Positions 14,296 to 28,112 of a stretch of 64,000 nt of DNA are shown piece by piece. The DNA lies in the NCBI GenBank assembly GCA_030704615.1, contig CM060732.1, forward strand, positions 31,868,001 through 31,932,000, in the 5' to 3' direction. The position numbers and the translations under genes are program-made. Under the pieces are notes generated by a model. The model was not told the origin of the DNA, searched no databases, and worked only from the letters and a program-made list of their open reading frames with translations. Origin of the DNA: Takakia lepidozioides (lineage: Eukaryota > Plantae > Bryophyta). Within the stretch, counting starts at the first letter, position 1. The number at the start of each line of letters is the position of its first letter.

Positions 14296-17200
14296 TGCAA
14301 AAAATCTTCTATATCTATTTGAACCAAAATTCAGATTGTATTCATTTGTCTAACAATCTGGAGCGTCGATGAGATCTACTTTTACCCGGTTTTTGTGTAG
14401 CGAAAAGAAAGTTGAAAGTTGGTTTGTACAGAGGGTGATATCATCCTGCGCATCACCCCCTTTTTGACCCACACTCTTCTGTGTGGAAGAGCATTCATTC
14501 ATGCTCTCTTTTTAAAAGCGCAGTCAGGAGAAGGCCCACCCCTAATTGGATGGATGTCTGGATGGATGGATCTTTTCTTCAGTTGGTGCAGACTAATCTG
14601 GCCCGTTTGTGTGCTCGGTTCGTGTTTGGCCACATGGGCCTCTCCAACTTGGAGAGTAAGTCGTCCCACAATCGAGTGCGGTAAGATAGAATGAAACATT
14701 ACAATCCGTCGGATTCGCATACAATAACCCGGACCTTCACTTTCACACAGTTGATGTTCCGAATACGACCCATAACCGCATTCTGCCCATTGTTGCGACA
14801 TGCAACAACCGCATTCCGGCAAATGTTTCAACATGCAACAATTGCCCGTCTACATGTATTGTGTACCACTGCCCGTTTGGCAGATTTCAGCATCAGAATT
14901 GCTCCATTAGGGTGGGCGACTCCATCTCTAACTGAGTAATCTTGTGGGACACACTCGTTGGGCCATGAGTGGAAAGTGGAATGGAATGGGACCCTCATCT
15001 CATTTCGCTGGCAACAGAGAATTCCAGAGGCAAATTACAATAGAAAATTGGGCCAAGAACAACAATAAAAAGCATAATACGACACCCCGTGGGTGCACTC
15101 TGCGGCCCCAACACAGTTGATGGCGGTCCGGAATATGTTGCGGAAACTATACTACAGAATGTTTCCATGCGAAATGGGCCCAAAGACATAGCAACAAATC
15201 AACAATTCTTCCTTGTCAAGAGAAACCAAGATTCAACAAAACTCTACGTGGATGATATACGTTACTGCTTAACACGGATGAGCTCCACCGTCCAGCGGCC
15301 TTGGATGAACGTGGTCATTTTTACAGGCCGGGGGACGTTGGGCAGTACAACCAAAAATAGGTGGTCGTGAGCCGGGCAGCTCACACGCGCGAAGGCGACG
15401 GCGTTCACGTGTTTCACGCGCTGCCCGTCGCAGCGTGCGGTCACCATCCCATTGGACGACAGGCTGCGCTATCGTCCGTGCGGTACCTACCCCCGCTCGC
15501 CGCTCCGACGGTTTCGCCGTCACTGTCCGTCAACGATCCGATAGCCTCTGTCATTCTCGTCCTGATGGATGAGATCCATCATTGTCCATAAAAGGAGGAG
15601 GAGCACATGGATGATATTCGTCCGACATTCCCAGTTACATTCTACCTACCATTCAATAGCCATCAAATCGACCAAGGTTTATTTTCTTACCATCGACCCC
15701 GCAAAGCGAGATAAAACCCGGGAGTGAAAGTCAATTATAGAGGGTGATAACTGCGGGCAGTAATAACCGCGCCAGTTCAACGCCTTAAAACCGGGCGGCG
15801 ACACAGTATCGCCAGGGCGCGACAGGGGGTGGGGCCGGGCGGGCAAAGATCGGGCGGCAGGGAGGGGGGTGACGGCAGGGTGATGCATGCGCATGATGTC
15901 ATGCATATGCAGGCATGGCACACATGGCCGGTGCCGGTACGCCGTGCTGCGCGGACGGATGCAGCACTTTCTCATCCACAAGTCACAGCGGGACGGGTGG
16001 ATGGATGGAGAGGCCTGAACTGCGCGGCCTCGGGCCTCGGGCCGCGTAAAGGCAGCGCGGCCACGATTGCGGGCGATAATGCGGGCCTGCGTGCCACCTT
16101 TTTGAACGGGTCGCTGCCTGCTACGAACTGCGCGGCGACCGCGCAATCTCGTACGCGCTTCATCCATCCCTCCCTCGCGTCGCGAAAGGGTGCTAGATGC
16201 GAGCGGATGGACGGAGATGAACGGCGGGGGCGAGGGTGGCGGTAGAATGTAGATAGCGTGGCAGAGACAAGCGCTTTTGGCAGCGCGCAGAGAGAGAGAG
16301 AGAAAGAGAAAGAGAAAGAGAGACAGAGGCAGGGTGGCAGGGCCTGCCGTGGCAGCAGCGTAAAGGTGGCTCATCATGTGTGTGTTTTTCTTTTTCCCTG
16401 TACAGTAGGGCGCCTGCTCGCATTAGGTACGACGGGGATCGAGTAAATATGAAAAGAGGGGTCCCTGGGGCTGCAGTTGCAACGGACCACTTTAGTGAAG
16501 GGAGGGGTGCGTGCGGGTGATGAGTGTTGACTGGTGAAGAGTGCGAGGGGAATGATGGGTGGGGGTATGGGCGTGATATTCTGCAAATGTCGATTCGGAC
16601 AGTGTATTCCAACATTCAATGCTTCTCAGCTTGTTGTTGTTAACTTGTGTGCATATCTATCTATCTACCTTTCTGTAGGTTCTGCAGTGCTTCCTTCCGT
16701 CTTTGAGTTGAATTTTGCGTAGGCAAGGGCACCCACCATGAAGGGGTGATTGTGGAGTGATGAGAGCATCAACAAGGATGGACGCACGGCGTGCTGCAAG
16801 ACATTGTCTGAGGTACAAGTTCCCCGATTCCAATCTCTAGTATCGGCAAAAAGGCGTAGCTGGGGGCTGCCCCCCAGGGGCCAGGGGTCCTTTCCACTGC
16901 AGCGGAATTATTGAAGGTTCCGCAACTGTGGTAAAGCAGTCAGGACTCCAGGACCACGGTCAGGGCACCCAGTTCAGATTCCTACATGAAGGCCCCTGCT
17001 CTATATACACCCTCCACCACAGCCCCCACGGCCACCCATTGGCCGATAACACTCTCCTCGCACGAGAGTTACTAATAAAAATACTGCATGCGAAATTATT
17101 AGATTCACTGCCCTAAACTTCTGACCTCGGAAATTCATCTCATCATTTCATGTACAGATTCATAGAAGACGCTTTAAATGATAATGGAGAAGTGACGCTG

Positions 17201-18625
17201 TCAGAATCACCGGCAATAAAGTCTTTGCTGCGCACTGGGCACACGAACCACAAGTCCTTGAAGACCTCCAGCTTCTCACTGTATCCATGCCATGATGCAT
17301 CATATCTTAGCTCAACCAATGTAACTGCATATCACAGGCAGAAGCTCAGAGGCAACGACCTACTTTCACGAAGGTGTTCCACCCAAACCCTGTTCACACA
17401 ACTCTGGTTCAACAACTGGGCCACAGATAAATAAACCTCTTGCTCGTCACCTTCAATGTTCATGTCACTCCTCCACATGCACTGAGGGCAGAAAATAACT
17501 ATTATTTTGTAGTTTCTAGTAATGTTCGGATTTTTTTATTTTTTAAACAGGGGACAGAGGCCCTGATAAGAATACACTATTTATTCTAGATATTATAATT
17601 TTATATCAATATATATTATTTTATATTATTTTTAAATTCATCAATTGGATAGTGCACTTGTGTCCCACCCAGGTGATTTGGGGCTCAAATCCTTCTACCT
17701 TGTGGGGAGGTATTCCAGTCTGTCATATGCCTCATTGCTCATTAACGGAAGTGGGTTATCCTTCCTCCTTGTCAGTATGATTTTTGCTTTCTCCGGGGGG
17801 GACTCCTGACTCCTTTTCCTTTCTTTCCCTCTCCACACAGAGACGCATAAACAAGGTAAAAATGTTTATTTACATTATAAAAAAATTGTGTGCTTTTTTT
17901 TTTTTCATGAACAGTGGTCCTGGATGAAATTTTATTGAGGTTATTGAAGGGTTGTGGGTTGTGGACTCGCTGCCAAAGCAAGCGTAAATTAGGGTGTCAC
18001 CCAAATGATCAGTGCCCCTCTAGTTGGATACCTTTATGACATCAATGATATCAATATAATTATTATAAACAAGGACATAATTTAAATGAGCTAGCAGTTT
18101 TTTTTCTTAATTAGGATCAAACAAAAATATAAATTTAGCATGATATGATTTGGGTAAAAGTTTTTTCGTTGGATAATAATTATCTCTGAGTACCAGAGTA
18201 CAACCGAGAATTTTTTTTTTAAACATCAAAGGGGGTAAAATGCCTGAAATAGAGATTTAACCAATTTCCATAGAGAAATTTTGAATTGACTAAATAATTT
18301 TACACTATAAATCACAATCAACATAGAGTGATATAAGATACTGGAAAGAACAAGAAATGTGAAAGAGGTTATTTTCTCCTCTCACTTTTAAGGGGCCTGT
18401 TTTGGTTTTATCTAATTAGAAAGAACCAAATACTGGGTTTAATTAATTTATACTATGAAGTAGTGATGAGTTCCAACAAACAATACAATTGTAATGTAAA
18501 TTCAATGAAAATGCAAAGAGAACTTCCCAATTTATATCTCAGCTGGATAGTGCAAAGAGTGTCACATAGGTGATTCTAGGCTCAAATCCTGCTACCCTGC
18601 TGGGTGTAATCTAGTCTCGTAACTA

Positions 18626-19715
18626 CCGTCCCTGGACAACCGTTTAGGCGACAATTGATTCAAAATGAATGTGCCTAACCAATTCTGTGAATTCAGATTT
18701 TGGCCTAATTCTTCGGAAACTATGGGACCAAAGTGCTTAATTCCTAAAAATTCCAGCAAAAAACTTGCAAGCCTCTTCTCATGTTGTTTGTAATAAGATG
18801 AAAAAAAACGAAAATTTCATTGAACAAAAATCAATACAAACATATGCGTGCGGAAATAACTTCCTACAAATCGCAATCTATTTGCGAGAGCTCCATGTAA
18901 CTTCGAAAGGCCCATGCATGGACTCGACAATGTCATCATATTCATCTTCCTCGCTAATCATCATGATCTCTCCATCTACCTAGTCCACCACATTGAGATC
19001 AAGGATCTCCTCATTTTCAATGTGCAGATTTGCAACATCTACACATAGTTTCGTGTACACTAAGGTAGATATCAAGGATATCCTGAGTGTCTTCAACAGT
19101 CCTGTCCACCAAATCATCATTCACTACAAACAAATTGTGAACAAAATTTGCTCGCATAGCTTCTCCCTGGAAAGTGTGCTCAAAAGCCCGTAAAATCCCA
19201 CATTGTTCCCACCCAAAGACAATCATGTCTGTATGCAGATTCACCTGCACCCAAGCCTCTCACATCCAACTTGCTATATGTTCACGCATGGAAGGCAAGT
19301 CCGTCTTCACCACTACCTCTTCAGCGGACACACCTGCTTCCAATTGCGATTGGATTTCACGTGCTGACCATGTCTTGAATAGTGTTCTTGAATAGTGCAG
19401 CAAAAGCACACTTGAGAGGTCATTGCAAGATCACATCGCTTCCGCCTTGGAGCACCGCGTACAACAAAGAGGGGCTTAGGGTTTCAAAGGAAATGAATGA
19501 TAGCTGGAGCTTGGAGGGGCCTATGGGCATTGGGTTTCTATTTTGTATTTTTACTATTAAGAAAATATTTTTTTCTCTTCTTATGTGTCTAATTCTAAGA
19601 AATTATAGCATGAAGATGTCTAAAATGAGAAATGGTTTTTCAAAAGTGCCTAATTTTTTGAATGATTGATTTTATTATTAGGCGCAAAAATGCCTAAACG
19701 GTTGTCCAGGGACGG
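18626..19715 (-). mobile_element. pogo/Tc1-mariner-like non-autonomous DNA transposon with a DDE transposase C-terminal remnant
   Basis: Perfect 24-bp TIRs CCGTCCCTGGACAACCGTTTAGGC (18626-18649, 19692-19715), flanked by TA on both sides. Internal minus-strand DVILQ*PLK..F.TW..EIQSQLEAG..W..AW..MIVFGWEQCGILRAF. Confidence 0.9.
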
Positions 19716-20518
19716 TACTCTCCCCTTGTGGTGCTTTTAGCTTTTTGTTGTAATGAGGTTGGTAATGTGTGAGGCGGCATGCTCCCATGACCAAAATAGG
19801 ATATTCCACATTGTTTTAGGAATATGCAAAAAAAAATATTCTGGCAAGCAAAAAATGTGCTCATGTGAAAAAATGCAAAACTATTTCAAATTTGTGCTCA
19901 TGTGAGCACAATACTATGCCTACTTCTTTGCTTGTAAGACATCCATTTGGAAAACAAAATTGGAAACAAATTCGCCAAACGAAACTATTTTATCAATTTT
20001 TATTTAAAAAACCATTTTGTTCTCTTTTGCCAACTAATCTAATTTTTCGACTGCAGTGTTTGTTTTTCTTTCGTCAACAAAACTCTCTATAAACTCAAAT
20101 AATTGTGATATATTTGAGTCTTCCTTCTCATTTGTTGGCTATCAATTTTTATTATTATAGCATTAAAATGTAACTATTGTATATTTAGTATCTCACAACT
20201 TATTCCAAGTAAAGTTATCTCGCTGTTTTAAGGGAGAAAAAGATAATATAAACCCATTAATATGAAACCATGTAACTCTGTTGATGCAGCACTGCCCTAC
20301 GTCCGCTTATGACGTTTATTTCCGTTTCCAAACATATTGAATCCCTAAACCGTGGATTGTGCTCATGGAGGCTTTTTGTGTAACTTACCTCCACTGTGAT
20401 TTGCTTCAGGTCTTTTCATACTTAGGCTCATGCCTGTCGCATCAGCTGTGACTTTTAAAGGGGGCTAGCTATCCCTCTTACATTGATAATGTCTTAGGGC
20501 TTTCTTTTAGGTCTTTAA

Positions 20519-21315
20519 CCCCTAAAGGACGAGCTAACTTTTGGGAGTTTTCCCAAAAAGTGTGCCATACCCTCCATTGCTGAGCTGTAACTTCCTACCC
20601 CCGTACATACAGCTGGATGAACCGTTCCATTTCATCCCTACCTACTACACGAAGGTCCTCAAAAAATTGTAGCACTTTTGATCGTTCCATTTAGTAGATT
20701 ATAACAAAAAAAATTGAACAAGTTGAAACCATGAACTAAAAAAGAGAGGAAAATTTGCTTTGACCATGCAAGTTTGGTCATTTTACATTTTTTCTTGAAG
20801 AAATGGCCTCCAGAATCCGGATAAGGGGCAACCAACAGGTCATCTCCCAGAATCTCAGACCAAAATGCCAAAAATATGGGGGGGCTGCTTTGTATGTGAA
20901 ATCTGGGGGGTAAAAAATTCTGGTTTTGGCTTCTTTCCCAAGTACACCCATGAGGTGACATTTGTTTTCCAATTCCTCTGGTAAGTAAGTGCACAGTAAC
21001 ATTTCATGGTGCCTTGTCCAAAATTTTTGGCATTATGATAATTTTCAGCCCTAGATGTTATCTTGAAGATTGCCCATTTGGCTGCCACATAGGCAGGTCA
21101 ATGGTGCTCTAACACTGGATTTCATGAAACCTTGGCACTTTGCAAAATTCTAGGGAGCAGAGCTTTTATGATTTTTTGGCGCTGTGAATTCTCATGTGTG
21201 CTCCTCTCTGACATGTACAATTCATCTTCAAGGTTCATCCAATATCATCCATGGGAATTGAAGCGTGGCAGGTAATCTGACGCGACCCGAATCGGGTCGC
21301 GTCGTCCTTTAGGGG
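20519..21315. mobile_element. piggyBac-like MITE (TTAA target)
   Basis: 14-bp TIR CCCCTAAAGGACGA (20519-20532; reverse complement at 21302-21315), flanked by TTAA left and CTAA right. Subterminal palindrome at 21279-21303. Partial second copy at ~52895-53290. Confidence 0.65.
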
Positions 21316-23959
21316 CTAACTTTTTCCCCTCCCTTGTTTTTATAATAAAGTTTGGGGTCTATCCCCACCTTTTGTTTCTTTTTTTAAATTGCTCTAATAG
21401 CATGAATAAAATATCACATTTCATTGATAATATTTAATAATTGTATTTGGGTCGGTTCTATATATTATCTATTAGTTTTCTAAAAACGTTTAAAACTACA
21501 ACCAAATGTACAATCCATTAGGATTATGATGGTGACCTTGCGGAGTATTGTGACTAGGTGTATGCCTAATTAGGAAGGTGACTATTTTCTTGCATTTCGT
21601 AATGTGAATGTAAATATATGATATGACACCTAAATCAAATGATAATTGATGTAACAATTTAGCCTATAAAATGACACAAGTATTAGTTCTAAAGTCTTTT
21701 AAAATGACAAACTCGGAACATAACCAAATATGAGCATTAATGGGCTATGGCTTGGTGGTTTGGCATCTTTGCCGATCTTTTTGGCATGTGGGTTTGAAGC
21801 TCATCTTATCCACCTCTAGATTAAGGCCCAATAACCTACATGCTATAGTTGAGTTGGTTACAATGTGGTAGCTTTAAACCACAATTGCTCGTAAACTCAA
21901 CCACAAGGTCATCACTTGGATGTTATCGTTCTAAATATTATTGAGCTATCTTATTAAATGAAGTCATTTTTTAATTAAATAACCTGAAAATAAATCGATA
22001 TATTTTGACATTCTCAAACACCATAAATGAAGTACGATTATTTTTCTGCCTCCTAAGAATCATCTTTTTCTCTAAAGAAAGGTAATTGAGGATACCAATT
22101 TGATATTAAATCAACAAGAGTAGTTGTGTTAGGTTAAACTTGAGATTAATAGTAGGTTTACTATTTTTTGATAGAAATCTTGTGATTTTTAGCAAAAAAT
22201 ATAACAGTGTCCACTATTATGACGCTTTACCAAATGGATTATAAAGATTTGAAGGTCCATCCATATCTCACAATGAAAACAAATAATATTTTTTTTTGTT
22301 GTAGCAATCAAATACTTGTCATCTCTTTATCCAAACCCCTACTAACCACCCCCAACATCATTTATAATGTACAAAAGAATCGATGAATGTCACAATGGCC
22401 TAAACCTTACATCATATACATACAGATATTCGATCCAAGTATATCAACAATTTGGAGGGTAAAGTTCTCATGTAACCAAAGTAGGGCCCAATGGAGGGCC
22501 AATGGAGATTTGGGCACACAATGGGAGTTTGTCTATGGGAGCTAAACAATGTATGTGATACATCATCTCATTCTACATAAAGAAATGGAAAATATCCAAC
22601 AACACATGCTTTTGTTTCACCAAAAACGCCAAAACATAATTTATGAATTTTTTCAATTTACCAATACAACATAATGGATCAAACATGAATTCTTTGGGTT
22701 AATGGAGGAAAAACAGCTACAACTTGTTGTAAAATTAGGCATACGTAATAAGAAAGAGAGTGGACAACTTAACCTCTAAATTCACAGGCCCATCTATATC
22801 GCCTTGTTGTTTGTTTGTTCATGAATTGAGGGTCCGGTGGACTGGTTTAGAAACCCATATTGATATGTCTATGGCTCCAGGAGTGTGTCGTGTGCGAGAG
22901 AGCAAGAAAGAAAGAAAGAGACAAAGTGTGTGAGGCTCAGGGGCGGAGGAATCAAATTGCAGGTATGATGCCTCCCCCACTGGTGGATTGGTTTAGTAGG
23001 GTCTGCCTGGCAGGCTGCTTCATCTCTCTGTCATACTTGGCCTTCAAGGTCAGTCAGTATGATTCGAGAGTTCGGCAATCTACCGTGCTGATGGGTGAGT
23101 CTTACAATGGATCAAACAACTGCAGTTGTTAACATAACCAATAGTATCTGAGTGGCCCCACCAGCCGCAACAATGTTTTGTTGAAGGACAAGTTTAGATG
23201 CCAATAAGTCCCCATTCCCAGCATCTCATTGGAGCACCAAGTTGTTGGTTGTCTGACTGACCATGTTGTTTGACAGCAGAAATGAAAAGTTCAAAGTGCT
23301 CAAAATTCGACTCTTTGTGGATGGGTCCATATGTGGTACATGAAGTCTTTGACAATGGTTCTTTGCAGTTGCCCAAGACCTTGAGGAGGGAGTTGTTTCC
23401 AAACAGAGTAAATGGGATTCGTTGCAAACATTATGATGTGTGAGCAGTTCCAGAGTAAGCATGCACGTCTTTCCCCCAATTTTTTTCTATTCAAGAGTGG
23501 ATCCTGAAATGGGCGGGGCAATGGAATTGCACTCTTGGCCTGATTTCTGGATGAAAAAAACAGATGAAAGTTGGAATATTTTACAGGTCATAATTGGTTC
23601 AAATTCCGGAGGTAATAACAATATTCTCTATTCCATTGAAATTCGTGGTTCGTTTTTATATATAAGTGGAAAAGATTTTTGTGTATGGTTGAAAATGATG
23701 TCAGTTTTGGCATTCGTATGTCACATGCATTATTACATATCATTTTCTTAAAAAAAGCATGTCCACCGGTGGTGAGGCTCTTCAGTTTTAAGTCATATCT
23801 TATGTGCATATATAGTGTTTGCTGTAACAAACACATTTCATTCAAGACTATCAAAATCAAAACATTATTAAGCCCAATTACGTATCTTAAAATTGCCCAC
23901 TGTCCATCATCTAAATAAAGATGACAAAGAATGATGAGATGACTTTTAAGAACATAGAT

Positions 23960-24675
23960 CTTGTACAAATTGTGCATCCTAACTTCTCAATGTCGCCGAG
24001 GGACACCTTGCACCAGAGTTGGGTTTCAGGGTAGACATGTTGAGGCTGAAGAGGTGGGCAATCTAAAGCTATCGGATGAAATGAAGGTTGTTCGATATAG
24101 GAAGGTAGAGGAGTTACGAGTGTTAAAGCCAGAGACGTACTACAAGCCTCGTAATGCAAACTTAGTGCAAACTTTGAGAGTGTTGACGCACTAATAACTC
24201 CTGATACTTTGTGTACTCAAGGAAGAAGATTTGGTAATGTTATTCTTGACACATTCTACGAGGCATGCGGCAACTTGAGCGGTTTGGCTTTGAGGAGTGG
24301 GCTGATTGGTTGAAATCGAATGGACCGGGATCTCCAGATGCTTTGATTAATGAAGACAACATCTATCTTAATATTTTCGGTGTTGTGAAGAAGGTTGGGA
24401 AGAATGAGTTGAAACTCTTCCAGAGTTTGAGGAAAGCTTCTGCCTCAACAAGCACCAACGTCTCCTATTCTGCAACCCCACTCAAGGTTGCAGTTGCATT
24501 AGAGAGGGAAGGTGCAAATGTCTTTGAGGGTTCCATAAAGTCGATTAATGAGCTTTTCGAGTTGTTTTTTAATGTGACAACCAAGAAAATGATTCAGGCC
24601 TGGGATCGCTTGAATGCACCCTGCATACTGAAAACCAAGGCACTACAATCGCTGCGAATGCACCCTGCATACTGA
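23960..24675 (+). pseudogene. Frameshifted orphan helical ORF (family member 1); ends inside the 44-bp repeat
   Basis: Open frame 24265-24675 (EEWADWL...TNVSYSATPLKVAVAL...INELFELFF) with coding-like upstream frames. Motif similarity to the 28113-28655 ORF. Confidence 0.4.
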
Positions 24676-24727
24676 AAACCAAGGCACTACGATCGCTGTG
24701 AATGCACCCTGCATACTAAAAACCAAA
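24605..24727. repeat. 44-bp minisatellite, block 1 (~3 units)
   Basis: Unit ATCGCTGTGAATGCACCCTGCATACTGAAAACCAAGGCACTACG, head-to-tail. Confidence 0.95.
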
Positions 24728-25134
24728 GATTATTTTTATCTTGCTTCAATAAAGTTATATAAGGGCCTCTGTCCCCTTGTATTCATTTCATTTACATTGC
24801 ATGCCATGTGGTAACCACACAAGGCTTCTTCAGTCCCGCCTCCAGGGGCTCTCTAATCTTGTCCCACGCATAATTTGTGGATTTGGTTGTTGGTTTTTTC
24901 ACTACTCATGGACTATCCTCTTTCAATGCAGAAGTAACCATGCAATGGGGCGCCAAGCACAAGCCTCATGGGAGCCCAACAAGGGAATGAAGAAGCTTTA
25001 CAAGTCCAGAACATTGTTTCTTACAAACTGATGGAATTTAGAAATGAGTTTTGTGATGGACTGCGGTACTAGAACTTGTCCTGCAAGAAAATCAAATCCA
25101 AAGCTTGCCTAAACTTTCGCACGTAAACTAAGAG

Positions 25135-25443
25135 ACACTAGTACATATCGCTGTGAATGCACCTTGCATACTGAAACCAACGCACTAGTATCACTGTGAA
25201 TGCACCTGCATACTGAAAACTATGACATTAGTATCGCCATGAATGCACCCTACATACTGAAAACCAAGGCACTAGTATCGCTGTGAATGCACCTTGCATA
25301 CTGAAAACCAAGGCACTAGTATCGCTGTGAATGCACCTTGCATACTGAAAACCAAGACACTAGTATCGCTGTGAATGCACCTTGCATACTGAAAACCAAC
25401 ACACTAGCATATTCAAAACCAAGACACTAGTACGCTGTGAATG
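25135..25443. repeat. 44-bp minisatellite, block 2 (~6-7 units)
   Basis: Unit ATCGCTGTGAATGCACCTTGCATACTGAAAACCAAGGCACTAGT, head-to-tail, no spacers. Confidence 0.95.
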
Positions 25444-25471
25444 GATTGATGCAGATAGTGGTACCAATAAA

Positions 25472-25931
25472 TTAAAAATTTCCACAATCTGAGTGGATCC
25501 AGGCTTCTCGATCAGTCAGAACATCCTTATCTTTATCCAATAAAATGTTTCGTACAACCTCATCTGCTTCACTTGTATGAATTTCCTTGCTGGTATCAAT
25601 GGAACCCACCATGAGGAGCTTCTTAACTCATCACTTTTCTTTTTGTCCCATCAAAAACCATCTCCCAATCTGCCGGGTTAAATGCATTGAAGTATTTCTT
25701 CCAGGATTGTCCTTCAACAAGTGCCTTTTTTCTAAGGTCTTTGATTATCCTCTCCCTTGCCATGGTGAGTGGGACTCTCCTCCTCACTTTGTTGAGGAAT
25801 CTCATCTCCTTATCCAACTGATCTTTGACATCCTTGATGTCTCTCTGCAAGCTCCAGATCTCAGCATCTGACTTTTCAGACCATGTCCTCAATTGGGCAA
25901 TTTCTGTCTTCAACAGGGCAATCTCAACCAA
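25472..25931 (-). pseudogene. Frameshifted orphan coiled-coil ORF (family member 2)
   Basis: Coiled-coil, then RERIIKDLRKKALVEGQSWKKYF. After a frameshift near 25625 it continues KKLLMVGSIDTSKEIHTSEADEVVRNILL...DREAW. Confidence 0.45.
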
Positions 25932-28112
25932 ACAGGAATATACTGGATTCAGACCGTCTGATACTTAGAAAATTCTTTATAGTTTTCTTTTCTAGCTGAA
26001 CATGCTAGCAAAATATGGCATCTATGGTTCAAATTACCGTTATATCGCCCATCTATAATAAGCCAAGCAGTATGATCATCATACACTACCCGAAGCTCAC
26101 GATCCTCGCCTCAACTCGGCTCTGTAGCATCATCTGCTTATGCGTTAGTCACCCTCCAAAGTTTGCTTGTGTGTGCTGCTTGCCATGTCAGAAGTAACTT
26201 AGGTAAACCAGGGTTGGGTCAGTATTACTTTTTCTAATACCAGCCGGGTCTTGATATTGAAATATTTTTTATTTCTAATACTGGTCAGTTCACTGTTCCA
26301 TAGTACCTTAGATCTTCATAAATATTGTAGAAGCATAATTTTTATTTGCGGACTGGTATCAAACGAAAAATTTTCCAATGATAATATAACCAGCCGGTAA
26401 CCGACCCGCATACAAATAAGAGTGGCAGCCAAACATGACACCTTCAATTTATAAGCATACCTGATTTCCAACAGAAAAATATTTTGTACATATATGTAGA
26501 AATCAGTCAAGAAAACTGAGACTCGGCTGTAGTCATTTGTGCTATCTATCATTGGAGAATTTCCAAACGACTTTTTCCTTCAGTGTCACTCGATAACATA
26601 TCCAAATTGACATACCCTCCGAGATGGATATGGATGCATTTGCCCCCTCAATATTCTACAACATATATCAAAGATGAAATCCACAGTAGTAGTCTTAATG
26701 CCTCACAACACCATTTCTAATTGTAATCCCAACCTATTATCTCATGTTTGAAAGTTATCTACTTGACAACTATCTACTCCTTCACCACTATCAATAAGAG
26801 AAAATTACGAAATACTCAATTCCTTCCGACCTAGCACTTAAATGAAAACATTGGTGCCTTTGATGGCCCTAGTGCCTGTGCCATAATCCAATAACAGTGG
26901 GTATGAGTATTTTTGCAAAGATGAAGAAGCAGAGATTGGTAAATCCCACATTCACCCTCGGCCATTGCATCAAACAGTCCATGTCTACAAAAGAAGCCCA
27001 AACTCTCAAGAGGCCAAAAAAAATGCGTAGGGTTGATACTTGATACCTTGCGCATGGTCTTATTATTTGGCCCTGATACATGTATTGCTAAGGTATTGCC
27101 TTTGCAAATACCAGCCTAGGTAGGGTCCTCGTTCGTAAGTTGGTTGAAGGCAAGGTGGTTTACTTTGAGAGAGTTGACTCGGTGAACAAACGGGTGCAAA
27201 TTCGACAATACTACAAGTTACATCTTAATGAGGGATATTGCTCTACCATTGAGAAGTTCGACCCGTTATTGTTTGGTGATGATTATCTGCACTATGATCC
27301 TAATGTCATCTAGATCGTTGACATCGGGCCATTAGATGTTAATCCAACTACCCATGGTTTTGAATTCTATATATTTGCGAGCCCTTCCAATGACCTCTTT
27401 CGTGGTGGAAGAAAAGCATTGGGAACCTTGTATCTCTGTACTCCCTTGTTCACCTTGGAAGAGATGGATTGTTGTAGGACATGAATTCGTACTTTCCAAG
27501 AAGTAACAAATGAAGAAATGGAGGTTTTAGGGGTCTACATGAAACCTAAAGATAAATACCCATAAACATTGCAATGTCTTTATTTACCTCTCTTTATATA
27601 GGGCCCACCCTAGAGAGGGCAATAGCACAAGCTGAAATGACTCTTAAATACACATGGTAGCCAGTGTCTTCTCTCTCCTGGCATGACACACTAACTTAAG
27701 ACCCTTGATTGCAATGAAACACCAATCATTTACCCGACCAAGTTGTCTAATAGTTCTTGTAATCTTAAACAAGGGTGATGAATCTTAAAATTAAAATTAA
27801 TATTTTTGCAAGTTGACTTATATCTAATATTCAATAACCGGAAGGCAGTAGCCCTTCCCAATTATAGTCAAAACTTACATTCACACATTGACCAAAAAAT
27901 GATTCATTTCAAGTTGTATGATCAACTACGATTGTCTGAAAGCATATATACATCACTATATTTGAATTCTCTATTGCATTCTAAATCCAAATTGACCAAA
28001 ATCCCCATATTGATGTGTAATTGCCGTCATAATATCCTTGATGTACATTTCAAAAAAGCCAAGTTGGGATTCATCGATATGTACACACTTAATGTTTTAC
28101 GGTCTTTATTAA

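Noticed and set aside
15679-16615. Long overlapping ORFs (232, 138, 140 aa)
   Set aside because: Low-complexity products of GC-rich and GA-microsatellite DNA with no domain signal.
23100-23470. Protein-coding gene on the minus strand
   Set aside because: Three short overlapping frames; at most a faint LINE C-terminal relic (DFMYHIW), too weak to call.
24605-25443. CRISPR array
   Set aside because: Units are head-to-tail with no unique spacers, there are no cas genes, and the context is eukaryotic.
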